Assembly: GCA_027064305.1 (NCBI GenBank)
Contig: JAMOPY010000012.1
Location: 1-32,982, forward strand
Origin: Methanobacteriota archaeon
GTDB lineage: Archaea > JAADCQ01 > Methanopyri > Methanopyrales > Methanopyraceae
DNA length: 32,982 nucleotides
Direction: 5' to 3'
Below are positions 1 to 8,972 of this stretch, piece after piece. How positions within the stretch are numbered: the stretch's first letter is position 1; the number at the start of each line of letters is the position of its first letter. The notes under the pieces were generated by a model, which saw nothing but the letters and a program-made list of their open reading frames with translations, was not told the origin of the DNA and made no database searches. A program made the translations under genes and the position numbers.

Positions 1-275
1 CCCTCGCTGGCCAGTCGCGCCTTGAGCACCACGGAGCAGGCCCGCTCGCCCAGGGCGTTGATGGCCACGGTCTTCTCCTCGCGGTACTCGTTCGCGAGCC
101 GGCGGACGCGGCGGACGGCCTCCCGGACCTCCATGAGCTCGCCGCCGTAGAAGCTCTCCGACACCCTAACCTCGCGGTCGCCCGCCGGGAGCCGCCTCCC
201 CAGGAGCTCCTCGTCGCAGAGCGCGATGACGAGGGTGTCGGGGGTCCCCTGGACGTTCACGGAGACCCGGGGCAT
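1..275 (-). CDS. DUF424 family protein (3' end runs off the window)
   Basis: Translated by hand from ATG at 275: MPRVSVNVQGTPDTLVIALCDEELLGRRLPAG...ESFYGGE...INALGERAC. The CD-ELLG, FYGG and N-xGE motifs fit DUF424. It starts just after the aIF-2beta stop. Confidence 0.85.
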   Translation of the reverse strand, partial: MPRVSVNVQGTPDTLVIALCDEELLGRRLPAGDREVRVSESFYGGELMEVREAVRRVRRLANEYREEKTVAINALGERACSVVLKARLASE

Positions 276-276
276 G

Positions 277-696
277 CTACTTCAGCCTCCTGACCGAGGA
301 CCACGCCCCGCACGCCTCGCACTTCAGGATCCACTGCCGGTCCTCCCGAACCAGCTTCGTATCCGGGCGGCCGCACTCCGGGCACAGGACGAACTCCTCC
401 ACGTACTCCTTGAGCTCCTCCTCGATGAGCTTCGGGTGGTACGTACCGTGCAGCACCAGGCGGTCGCCGTCGATGTGCCCGGCCGTACCCAGCTCCTTCA
501 GGAAGAAGCGCGAGAGGTGCTCCGGGTCCCGGTTCAGCTTGTCCGCGATCTCCTTGAAGTTCTGGATGATGGTCATCTTGCCCTCGATCGAGACGCGGGG
601 CTTCGGGACCTCGAACCGCCGGTCTTCCAGCACCTCCTCCGGGAGCTGCTCGTAGGCGCGCTCCAGGAGCTCCTCGTAGTCGTACTTGAGCGGCAC
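277..696 (-). CDS. eif2b: Translation initiation factor aIF-2 subunit beta
   Basis: YEELLERAY, RFEVPKP, KELGTAG and a C-terminal Zn ribbon (CPECGRPDT...CEACGA). Confidence 0.97.
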   Translation of the reverse strand: MPLKYDYEELLERAYEQLPEEVLEDRRFEVPKPRVSIEGKMTIIQNFKEIADKLNRDPEHLSRFFLKELGTAGHIDGDRLVLHGTYHPKLIEEELKEYVEEFVLCPECGRPDTKLVREDRQWILKCEACGAWSSVRRLK

Positions 697-699
697 GGG

Positions 700-1452
700 C
701 TACACCCCCCACTCCACGACGACGGACCAGTGCTTGCCGCTCGGCAGCTTGATCGGGAAGATCAGGTCGCGCTTTTCGAGCTCCCTGATCACGCGGTCGC
801 AGAACTCCTCGTCCGCGTCCGGCACGACCTCGGCGATGATCTCGTATAAGTCTTGCTTAGAGAACATGTCCTCCTCGTGCTCGACCAGCCGCTCGTACAC
901 CTTGCGGACGACGTCGTCGAGGTCCTCCGGGCGCTCGGGACCCTCGGCCTCCTCCTCGGCACCCTCGGACGGTTCGGCCGCCTCCTCGGCCTTCTCCACC
1001 ATCTTCCGGGCCTCCGGCTCGGCCTCCTCGGGCGCCTCGCCGGCGCGTTTCAGCGTTAGCTCGTACTCCAGCCGGCGCAGGAGCTCCTCGTGGTAGGAGG
1101 AGGGTCGGATGATCTCGGCCCGGAGGGGGACCGACCGGCCCTCCTCGCGCGGCTCCATGGGCCGGCCGACGACCTTCACCTCCACCCAGCGCTCCAGCTC
1201 GCTGGCCGTCTCGAACCACTCCTCGAAGGCGAAGACGTCCACCGAGCCCGTGTCGTCGGTGATCGTGAGGACGGCGAACTCCCGGTCCTCGTCCACGTAC
1301 TTGGACGAGACCACGCCGACCACCAGGGCCCGGTGGAACCGTACCCCGTCGGGCGTGACGAACCCGTCGTCGGTCGGTGAGGAGCGGGCGAGGACGCCCG
1401 CGGGCACGCGCACCGCGGGGTATCGGCGCGAGAGCTCCTCGGACTCGCTCAC
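700..1452 (-). CDS. OB-fold ssDNA-binding protein, RPA32/RPA-associated-like, with acidic linker and probable C-terminal winged helix
   Basis: RALVVGVV...LTITDDTGSVDV...VKVVGRP...RAEIIRP is an RPA-type OB pattern, followed by an E/A/P linker and an HTH-like tail (IRELEKRDLIFP). Confidence 0.7.
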   Translation of the reverse strand: MSESEELSRRYPAVRVPAGVLARSSPTDDGFVTPDGVRFHRALVVGVVSSKYVDEDREFAVLTITDDTGSVDVFAFEEWFETASELERWVEVKVVGRPMEPREEGRSVPLRAEIIRPSSYHEELLRRLEYELTLKRAGEAPEEAEPEARKMVEKAEEAAEPSEGAEEEAEGPERPEDLDDVVRKVYERLVEHEEDMFSKQDLYEIIAEVVPDADEEFCDRVIRELEKRDLIFPIKLPSGKHWSVVVEWGV

Positions 1453-1467
1453 CGCGGCTCACCACCG

Positions 1468-3441
1468 CTACTTGATGGGCGCGTAAACCCCGGGTCGGGG
1501 CTGGATGAGGTCGCCCTCCTCGAGGAGGTCGTTCAAGATCTCTTCGATCTTCTCCCGGCTCACCCGGTTCTTGACCGCGTTGATGATCTCCTTCTTCGGC
1601 ACCCCGTCCTCGTACTCCTTGGACAGCTTCCGCACGACTCGGAGCACGTACTCCCGGGCCTCGCGCACGGACTTGGGCTGGCCCGTCTCGATGACGTCCG
1701 CGTCCAGCGTCCCCTCGTCCCGCATCACCTCGTTCATGAACTCCTCCATGATGGACAGGGCGACCTCGACGTCCTCCGGTTCCACCGTGTCCGAGAGTCG
1801 GGCCCGGGCGGCGGCCCGGGCCAGTCGGATGGTGGAGCCCATCTGCCGGCGGGTGACGGGGACGGTCCGGAGCTCCCCCTCGTCCGCCATGTCCGCGGCC
1901 TTTTGGCGCACGGAGACGAACCACTCGGACAGCTTCTCCCGGGCCTCCGGGGAGATCTCCACGCGCTGGTACTCGGTGGTCGCGTACAGGATGTAGCGCT
2001 TGTAGAAGCCGTAGTCGTGGTCGAGCTCCTCGACGCCCCCGTCGAACGCGTCCATCATCGTCTCCGCGATCCGGCGATCCTGGTCCGGGTCCGGCTCGTC
2101 CCGGGTGAAGAGGATCACGTCGAAGCGGGAGAGGAGGGCGGGGTCGAGGTTGATCTCCTCGATGGGGTGGTCGCCCTGCCAGCGGCCGGCCTCGGGGTTG
2201 GCGGCGGCGAGGACGGCGCAGCGCGCGTTCAGCGTGGCCGTGATCCCCGCCTTCGCCACGCTCACCTTCCCCGACTCCATGGCCTCCAGGAGCGCGTTCA
2301 GGTCGCTCTTGGTGGCCTTGTCGAGCTCGTCGATGGCGATGATCCCGCCATCGGCCATCACGACCGCGCCCGCCTCAAGGGCCCAGCCGTCCTCCGTGCG
2401 CTCGGCGGCCGCGGTGAGGCCGGGCCCGGTCACGTGCTGGGCGCTCACGTACACGCCCTTGGGTGCCACCCGTTCGGTCACGTGCTGGAGGATCTGCGAC
2501 TTGGCGGTGGCGGGGTCTCCCACGATGAGGACGTGGATGCGCTCGCGCATGTGGGACTCCTCGACGCAGGAGAAGAGCTGGAGGGCGACCGCCCGCTTGA
2601 TGGCCTCGTGACCGTGGATGTGCGGGGCGACCGCCCTCGCGAGCTCGTCGATCGGTGACGACTGGGCGAACTCCTGGAACTCCAGGAGCTCCTTCCGGCC
2701 GAAGCTCACGTCCTCCGGGAAGTGGAGGGATTCGGACTTCTCCACGCCGTGCGCCTCGAGCACGATCTCCCCGGTGTCGCCGGGCCGCGGTCGACCGCGC
2801 CCGAGGCGGATCCGGGGAATCCCGGTGATCTTGACCCGGTCGCCCGGCTTGATCCGGTTGATGTGGTCGTACCGCAGCTCGACCTCCACGGTCGCCGGCT
2901 GCTCCGTTCCCTCGACCTTCTCGGGGGGCTCCTGCAGGATGGCCTCCTGGTAGTCCGTGTAGAACAGCTCGTCCGGATCGACGGCCGAGCCGCACTTGGG
3001 GCAGCGGACGTCGGGCCGGTAGTCCCGCTTGCCCACCTCGAACTCGTGCTTGCAGTGGGGGCACCGGGCCACGACCCGCGTCACCTCGGCCGCGACGTTG
3101 TCCACCCGCCGCACGATCCCCTCGATCGTGACCAGCTGGTCCTTGAACTCGACGCTGAGGTCGCGGGCCCTGAGCTCGATGGGCGAGGAGCGGAACTCCA
3201 CCCAGACGCCGTCGACCTCGGGCCGGTCGCGCTCGATGAGCCGCATCGCCTCCTCCCGGGCGATCCGGACGGCGTCCCGGACGTTCTTGGCCGCGTCCAT
3301 GGCGACCTCCGGCTCGTCCAGCTCCCCGAGGTCGACGACGACCGTCCTCCAGCGCGGGTACTCGTCGATCACGCGCTCCACGGAGTCCAGGAACGCGTCG
3401 GACTCGCGCAGGAACGAGCGGAACTCCTCCTCGTACTCCAC
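1468..3441 (-). CDS. mcm: MCM replicative helicase
   Basis: Zn finger CPHC..CPKC, Walker A GDPATAKSQ, GLTAA, Walker B IAIDELDK, AME-SVAKAG, AAANP, Arg finger LLSRFD, C-terminal winged helix. No intein. Confidence 0.97.
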   Translation of the reverse strand: MEYEEEFRSFLRESDAFLDSVERVIDEYPRWRTVVVDLGELDEPEVAMDAAKNVRDAVRIAREEAMRLIERDRPEVDGVWVEFRSSPIELRARDLSVEFKDQLVTIEGIVRRVDNVAAEVTRVVARCPHCKHEFEVGKRDYRPDVRCPKCGSAVDPDELFYTDYQEAILQEPPEKVEGTEQPATVEVELRYDHINRIKPGDRVKITGIPRIRLGRGRPRPGDTGEIVLEAHGVEKSESLHFPEDVSFGRKELLEFQEFAQSSPIDELARAVAPHIHGHEAIKRAVALQLFSCVEESHMRERIHVLIVGDPATAKSQILQHVTERVAPKGVYVSAQHVTGPGLTAAAERTEDGWALEAGAVVMADGGIIAIDELDKATKSDLNALLEAMESGKVSVAKAGITATLNARCAVLAAANPEAGRWQGDHPIEEINLDPALLSRFDVILFTRDEPDPDQDRRIAETMMDAFDGGVEELDHDYGFYKRYILYATTEYQRVEISPEAREKLSEWFVSVRQKAADMADEGELRTVPVTRRQMGSTIRLARAAARARLSDTVEPEDVEVALSIMEEFMNEVMRDEGTLDADVIETGQPKSVREAREYVLRVVRKLSKEYEDGVPKKEIINAVKNRVSREKIEEILNDLLEEGDLIQPRPGVYAPIK

Positions 3442-3466
3442 CGTCTCGGCTCCCCTCTCGGCGGTT

Positions 3467-3868
3467 TCAGTAGGGCGGTAGCACCCCGGAGATCCACCGG
3501 GCCGCGTTCAGGGCCCCGCCGATCGCCAGCGAGACCCCCATCACCAGGTCGATGATCAGGTGCTTCACGACGAGGAAGGCGCGGAGGAGGCCGGCGGGTC
3601 CGGCGCTGGTGACGTACCAGGAGAGCACCCAGGCGAGCCTCAGGATGGAGTGCCCCGCGACGCCCAGTTGGGGGATCGAGCACGCTAGGAGCAGCCAGGT
3701 CGCGTACCACCCGCACAGGCTCAGCGTCATGCAGGCCAGGGAGATGAAAACGACCAGGGCGGTCAGGGCGCGAGGGGGCCGGTTCAGGGCGCGCAGGACC
3801 TCGTACAGCAGGACCGTACCCAGCAGCGCGACCGTGAGCGCGAGCTCGGCGCACTCCACCGGGAGCAT
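3467..3868 (-). CDS. Small integral membrane hypothetical protein (about 4 TM)
   Basis: 133 aa, several hydrophobic stretches, fills the gap between amrB and mcm on the same strand. Confidence 0.65.
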   Translation of the reverse strand: MLPVECAELALTVALLGTVLLYEVLRALNRPPRALTALVVFISLACMTLSLCGWYATWLLLACSIPQLGVAGHSILRLAWVLSWYVTSAGPAGLLRAFLVVKHLIIDLVMGVSLAIGGALNAARWISGVLPPY

Positions 3869-3874
3869 CGGCGG

Positions 3875-4741
3875 TCACCCGGGGAGGAAAACGACGGACG
3901 CGTACCCCACCACCTGCGCCCGGTCCCCGGTCACGTCGCCGCTCGTGGCGTACTTGAGCAGCTCGCCCCGCCGGGCCCCCAGGAGCCGGGTCGCGACGAT
4001 GGTGGCGGCCGTTGGCCCCACCCCGCACATGCTGACGTTGTACCGCTCCACCACCTCGATCATCCCACGCTCGTCCATCTCCACGATCCGCTCGAGCACC
4101 TTCCGGTCCTTCTCCTGGGCCACGTCGTGGGGCTCGTAGTGCGTCAGGTCGGTGCTCGCGAGCACCACCACGTTTCTGCCCAACCGCTCGGCCACCTTCG
4201 CGATCGACTCGCCCACCTCACGCGCCGTCCTCAGGTCGTGCATCGCCATGCACACGGGCACGAACCGGAACGCGTCCCCGTACAGGTACTGTAGGAAGGG
4301 CAGCTGGACCTCGATGGAGTGCTCCTGCGCGTGCGCCTCCAGGTTGTCGTCCACCACCCCGCACGCCTCCACCAGCGCCCGCGCGAACTCCGCGTCGATC
4401 TCGACGGAGCCCAGTGGGGTCCTCCACCGGCCCGAGGTCATCGTGGCCACGGCGGTGCCCAGCCCGGTGTGATTGGGACCGAGGATGACCACGGTCTCGG
4501 GCGTACCGGACTCCGCCAGCGCCCGGTAGGTGTGCGCCGCCACGGGGCCGGAGAACTGGTAACCGGCGTGCGGCACCACGCCCCCGGGGATCCCGCAGGG
4601 TCCGGACGAGACCTCCGGCACGTCCCCCGGGCCCAGGTCGTGTCGAAAGCACCACTCGATGGTGCGCCTCAGCTCCTCGGGGTCGGAGGGGTAGAATTGA
4701 CCCGCAACCGCGGGGGATCGAACCAGGGTCAAGCCCGTCAC
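3875..4741 (-). CDS. amrB: AmmeMemoRadiSam protein B / MEMO1 family
   Basis: PAVAGQFYP, PHAGYQFSG, GPNHTG, EHSIEVQLPFLQ, ASTDLTHY, SMCG, VVGYAS. Confidence 0.95.
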   Translation of the reverse strand: MTGLTLVRSPAVAGQFYPSDPEELRRTIEWCFRHDLGPGDVPEVSSGPCGIPGGVVPHAGYQFSGPVAAHTYRALAESGTPETVVILGPNHTGLGTAVATMTSGRWRTPLGSVEIDAEFARALVEACGVVDDNLEAHAQEHSIEVQLPFLQYLYGDAFRFVPVCMAMHDLRTAREVGESIAKVAERLGRNVVVLASTDLTHYEPHDVAQEKDRKVLERIVEMDERGMIEVVERYNVSMCGVGPTAATIVATRLLGARRGELLKYATSGDVTGDRAQVVGYASVVFLPG

Positions 4742-4986
4742 CCTCGGTACTCCCTGTTGTCCGGGTCGTAGTACCGCTCCAAGTAGTACCCGAACTCCCG
4801 ACGCTCCACGATGCTCCGGACTCCCTCCCTCTTAATCTTGCTCTCCAGGTCCCGGGCCCGTTCCTCGTCCAGCTCGCCCCGCCTGAGCAGGTACCGGATC
4901 ACCTCCAGCGCCTCCTCGTCCGTCTCGCACCGGGCCAGGTAATCCTCCACCCGGGGTTCGTACCCGCGGAGGGGGTCCTTGGACAC
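4738..4986 (-). CDS. DUF2095 family protein
   Basis: GYEPRVEDYLARCETDEEALEVIRYLLRRGE...GVRS...GYY. Probable start is GTG at 4986, since the ORF-track extension to 5139 overlaps the divergent gene. Stop overlaps the amrB start (GTGA). Confidence 0.8.
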   Translation of the reverse strand: MSKDPLRGYEPRVEDYLARCETDEEALEVIRYLLRRGELDEERARDLESKIKREGVRSIVERREFGYYLERYYDPDNREYRG

Positions 4987-5682
4987 GTGAAGGTCCCCCG
5001 GGAGAGGCTCTCCAGGTGGCTGGAAAGGGAGGACGAGAGGGCCCGCCGTGCGGCCGCCCGGTACCGGGACTGGGCCGAGGGGCTGCGGCGGTTTGAGGTT
5101 TTTCAGTACGTTAAAAAGCGCACGGGGGGACTCGGGCACGGGGAGGGGCGCTTCGAGGCTGGCAAGATGGGCGTCAAGGGGTACGTGATCGCGTGGCCCG
5201 AGCGGGCCCGGGGCGCCGTGCTGGAGATCGGCACCGGACTGGGTCGAACGGCGTGGGCCCTCCTCGAGTGGGGGCGACCGAGGCTGCTCGTCTCGATCGA
5301 GGTCGACCCCAGGATGCTGGCCATCGCCCTGTACCGAAACCCGGTTCGGGAGTTCTCCGAGGCGCTGCGCGACGAGCGGGTGAGGCTGGTGCTGGGGGAC
5401 GCGCGCCGGGTGGTCCCGAGGCTACCGAGGGGAGCGTTCGATCACGCCGTGCACGACGGGGGTCCCTGCCCCCGACGCAACCCATCCCTGTTCTCGGAGG
5501 GGTTCCTAAGGGAGCTGGCGGGGAGGCTCAGGAGGGGAGGTACCGCGTCGGTCTTCGCCGGGCGGGATCCGGGGTGGCAGGATCGGCTGTACGAGGCGTT
5601 GAACGGGTTGTTCGAGAGGGTGTGGTCGGAGCGGTTTCCGGACACGCCGACCCTGGTCCTGCGGTGTGAGGGGAGGCGTTAG
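4987..5682 (+). CDS. Class I SAM-dependent methyltransferase
   Basis: Motif I VLEIGTGLG, SIEVDP, LVLGDA, FDHAVHDG, LRRGG. An alternative start is ATG 5168. Confidence 0.85.
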   Translation: MKVPRERLSRWLEREDERARRAAARYRDWAEGLRRFEVFQYVKKRTGGLGHGEGRFEAGKMGVKGYVIAWPERARGAVLEIGTGLGRTAWALLEWGRPRLLVSIEVDPRMLAIALYRNPVREFSEALRDERVRLVLGDARRVVPRLPRGAFDHAVHDGGPCPRRNPSLFSEGFLRELAGRLRRGGTASVFAGRDPGWQDRLYEALNGLFERVWSERFPDTPTLVLRCEGRR

Positions 5683-7070
5683 TCCCCGCCGGGCTCGCCC
5701 AGCCGTTCCCGCAGCAGCCGCATGGTCACCTCCGGGTCGGCCTGACCGCGGGTCTTCCTCATGACCTGGCCCATCAGGTAGTGGATGGCCTCCTCCTTGC
5801 CGGACTTGTAGTCCTCCACCGCCTGGGGGTTCTCCTCCAGGACCTCCTCCACCACCTCGGCCAGCCGGTCCTCGTCGCTGACCTTGAGGAGTCCCTCCTC
5901 CTCGATCACCTCGACCGGGCTCTTGTCGGAGTCCACGGCCTCCCAGAGCGCGTTGAGCGCGTTCTGCCGCGTGATCTTACCGTCCCGGACCAGTCGCATC
6001 AGCTCGATCAGCTCCTCCGGCTCGATCCGGGCCTCTCGGAAGGACAGCTCCTTCTTGTTGAGCACTTTCTTCAGCTCCTTGCGCACCCACTGGTCGATGA
6101 ACTCGATCTCCCAGTCGTCCGGGGCCTTCTCCGCCACCTCCTCGAAGAAGTCGGCCCACTCCCGCTCGGTGACCAGGGCCTCCGCCGCCTCCTTGGAGAT
6201 CCCGTACTCCTCCACCAGCCGCTCCGCGCGTTTGTGCGGCGGCTCCGGCGCCCGGGCCACCGCCTCCTCCCACATGTCCTCGGTGATCTCGAACGGGGGC
6301 AGGTCCGGGTCCGGGATGTACCGGTAGTCCTCCGCCGTCTCCTTGGCCCGCATCGGGACGGTCGTGCCCTGGTCCTCCCGGAAGGCCCGGGTCTCCCGGC
6401 GCACCTCCCGCCCGTGCCTCATCAGGTTCCGCTGGCGCTGGATCTCGAACTTGAGCGCGCGGTACACGCCCTTGATCGAGTTGATGTTCTTGATCTCGAC
6501 CCGGGCGCCCCCCTCCACCGACACGTTGGCGTCGACCCGGATGCCGCCGTCCTCCCGGACCTTACCCGAGTAGCGCAGCACCTGCAGCAGCCGCCGGAGG
6601 AAGTCGCGCGCCTCCTCCGGGGACCTCATGTCCGGCTCCGTGACGATCTCGATGAGCGGGACGCCGCTGCGGTTGTAATCCACCCGGCCCGTGGACGGGT
6701 CCCAGCGCCCTGGGTCCTCCTCCACGTGGATCTCGCGGATCCGGACCCCGTCCAGCTCCCCGTTCACCGCGATCGGGGTGCTGGTTCGCTGATACCCGGA
6801 GGGCAGGTCCGGGTAATCGTAGTGTTTCCGCTGGAAGTACAGCCGTTTCCCGATCACCGGCTCGCAGCCGAGCATGTGCGCGATCTCCAGCGCGATGAGC
6901 AGGGCCTCGCGGTTGGGCGGCAGGGGTTTGGCGCCCGGCATCCCGGTGCAGATGGGGCAGGTGTTCTCGTTGGGTTCCGCGTCCTCGTAGTCCGCGGGGC
7001 ACCGACAGAACAGCTTGCTCTCGGTGTCCAGCTGCACGTGCACCTCGAAGCCGATCCTCACCCCGGGCAC
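5679..7070 (-). CDS. gatB: Asp-tRNA(Asn)/Glu-tRNA(Gln) amidotransferase subunit B
   Basis: IGFEVHVQL, CPICTGMPG, RKHYDYPDLP, EEDPG, DYNRSGVPLIEIVTEPD, RVEIKNINS, DYRYIPDPDL, C-terminal Yqey domain. Confidence 0.98.
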   Translation of the reverse strand: MPGVRIGFEVHVQLDTESKLFCRCPADYEDAEPNENTCPICTGMPGAKPLPPNREALLIALEIAHMLGCEPVIGKRLYFQRKHYDYPDLPSGYQRTSTPIAVNGELDGVRIREIHVEEDPGRWDPSTGRVDYNRSGVPLIEIVTEPDMRSPEEARDFLRRLLQVLRYSGKVREDGGIRVDANVSVEGGARVEIKNINSIKGVYRALKFEIQRQRNLMRHGREVRRETRAFREDQGTTVPMRAKETAEDYRYIPDPDLPPFEITEDMWEEAVARAPEPPHKRAERLVEEYGISKEAAEALVTEREWADFFEEVAEKAPDDWEIEFIDQWVRKELKKVLNKKELSFREARIEPEELIELMRLVRDGKITRQNALNALWEAVDSDKSPVEVIEEEGLLKVSDEDRLAEVVEEVLEENPQAVEDYKSGKEEAIHYLMGQVMRKTRGQADPEVTMRLLRERLGEPGGD

Positions 7071-7098
7071 GGACCGGGCCCCGAGGTGGGGGAGCTGG

Positions 7099-7665
7099 TC
7101 ACCGACTTATGGGTAGCGGAGAGTTCAGCCCCTCGCGCAGCGCCAGCGTCCGGAAGAGCGCCGCGGTGACCAGGGCCTTCTCTGAGAGGTGGCGGGTCTT
7201 GGGCGGGTTGGGCACGGTGAAGCAGAACCGTCGGTGATCGGTCAGCGCGCCCGGTACCAGGTTGATCTCCCTGGGGGCCGGGACGTCCTTGGGCCACGGG
7301 ATCCGGACGGAGACCGGTATGCACTCCAGGTCCTCCTCGGACCGCCGGACCAGGAGCGACGCGTACGCGGCGTCACGCTTCCGGTGCTTGAACTTCCGGC
7401 TCGTCAGCAGGTTGGCCTCGGCCACGGGGACGTTCAGCACGAGCTCCCGAAGCTCCACGTCGTCCTCCGTCAGCGGGTCGAGCTCCAGGGCGCCGAAGTA
7501 CCACTTGTCCTCCCGCCGGGGCCGTCGTCCCCACCGCGGTTCGTAGAACCGCTCCAGGAGCCGCGGTAGCAGGTACACCCGGTACGGTGACCCCACCGTC
7601 CCCACCCCGCGCCGCTCGAGGTCGCTGGCGGTTTGCAGGCCACCCCGAAGTCGTTTACCGTACAA
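7099..7665 (-). CDS. Hypothetical protein, probably lineage-specific
   Basis: 188 aa ORF filling the pmbA-gatB gap on the same strand; no family recognised. Start uncertain (TTG 7665 or a later GTG). Confidence 0.6.
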   Translation of the reverse strand: MYGKRLRGGLQTASDLERRGVGTVGSPYRVYLLPRLLERFYEPRWGRRPRREDKWYFGALELDPLTEDDVELRELVLNVPVAEANLLTSRKFKHRKRDAAYASLLVRRSEEDLECIPVSVRIPWPKDVPAPREINLVPGALTDHRRFCFTVPNPPKTRHLSEKALVTAALFRTLALREGLNSPLPISR

Positions 7666-7737
7666 ACGTAACTAAACCCGACCGAACGTCACGAGGTTAC
7701 GCGTTTCGGCGTCCGGACTGTGTACGCTGATGGTTAA
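7652..7737 (-). promoter_or_regulatory. AT-richer intergenic region with a short inverted repeat (CGTTT-N7-AAACG); candidate promoter/operator
   Basis: cgtttaccgtacaaacg at 7652-7668, next to GTTTAGTTAC on the minus strand, in otherwise GC-rich DNA. Confidence 0.35.
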
Positions 7738-8972
7738 CTCATCCCCACGCGGCACCGCACCAGCGCGTGCGGCGCCCCCGTGGATCCGATCCGACGCACC
7801 TCCCGCGAGGCCTCCAGAAGATCGGTCAGCGCGTTCCCGCGGAGCGAGCAGGGCTTCACGCGGCGCCCCTCGGGGTCCTCCACCCACAGCCCCGTGACGG
7901 AGAAACGGCCGCTCACGTGGCTGGCCGTGTGCGCTCCCATCACCCTCCTCACCAACAGGTCCGCCTCCTCGAGCAGCCCCTCCCGGCTCGATTCGCCGCG
8001 AACGATCACGTTCCCGGGGCACGGTTCCGGGCGCCGGCTCCCCAGCCCGCTGCCGGTGGGTTCGAGCCCCAGCCTCTCGGACGAGTAGAGGTCGGTGTAG
8101 AGGCCTCGGAGCCGGCCCTCCGACACCAGCTCCACCCGGCTGGGGCCGACGCCCTCGTCGTCGAACCGGTAGGAGCCGGGCCACCAGTCCCGGAGGGGGT
8201 CGTTGAGCACGGTGACGCCCGCCTCGATCGCCCGGTTCCCGAGGTCCCGCCGCTCGAAGGCGCTGGTTCCCTTGGCGACCTCCAGCCCGGACAGGGCCGG
8301 CACCAGCGTGTGGTTGAGCAGGTCGCTCAGCGCCACCGGGTCGAACGCGACGAGGGCCCTCCCCTCCGGCGGGCTCACCTCCGGCGACCTGGAGGCCATC
8401 GTTGCGGCCTCCTCGGTGAGCGACTCCGCGTCCAGGTCCCGCGGCCTCACGGCGGCGTCCCAGGCGAACCCGGAGAACTCCCCGATCACGTCCACGGACA
8501 GGGACACCGTGGACTCCCGCCGCTCCACCCAGTCCTGGCCGGGGACCCGGATCCTCACGCGCCGGAGCGTGCCCGTGAGGGAGACCGCGGAGAGGGTGAC
8601 GTCCTCCGGCACCGTCGCCTCCACGGTCTCCAGCAGCTCCCGCAGCCGCTCCGGGTCGGTCGCCTCGTCGTGGTGGGCGCGGACGTCCTCGGGTCGCACT
8701 CGGTCCGGGTACGTGACCGGGCGCCCCGCCCCGAGCCCCGCGGATCGGCGCGCGAGCTCGATCAGCTCGTCGTACCCGTCCCGGCCGGTGGACGCCGCCA
8801 CCCCGAGTCCCTCGTCCGTCACGACGCGGGCGACCCGGGTGACGGTCTCGGAGCGGCTGACGCGGTCGCCCGACTCTCGCAGCCGCTCCAGCTCGATCCT
8901 CTCGGACCGCACCTCGAGCAGCAGGGCGCGGCCCGGCTCGAGGTCCGCGAGCGGGTCGGTCATCCCGATCAC
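7734..8972 (-). CDS. pmbA: PmbA/TldE family protein (non-catalytic partner)
   Basis: FDDEGV, LVSEGRL, GAHTASHVSGRFS. Lacks HExxxH. Overlaps the tldD stop. Confidence 0.9.
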   Translation of the reverse strand: MIGMTDPLADLEPGRALLLEVRSERIELERLRESGDRVSRSETVTRVARVVTDEGLGVAASTGRDGYDELIELARRSAGLGAGRPVTYPDRVRPEDVRAHHDEATDPERLRELLETVEATVPEDVTLSAVSLTGTLRRVRIRVPGQDWVERRESTVSLSVDVIGEFSGFAWDAAVRPRDLDAESLTEEAATMASRSPEVSPPEGRALVAFDPVALSDLLNHTLVPALSGLEVAKGTSAFERRDLGNRAIEAGVTVLNDPLRDWWPGSYRFDDEGVGPSRVELVSEGRLRGLYTDLYSSERLGLEPTGSGLGSRRPEPCPGNVIVRGESSREGLLEEADLLVRRVMGAHTASHVSGRFSVTGLWVEDPEGRRVKPCSLRGNALTDLLEASREVRRIGSTGAPHALVRCRVGMS

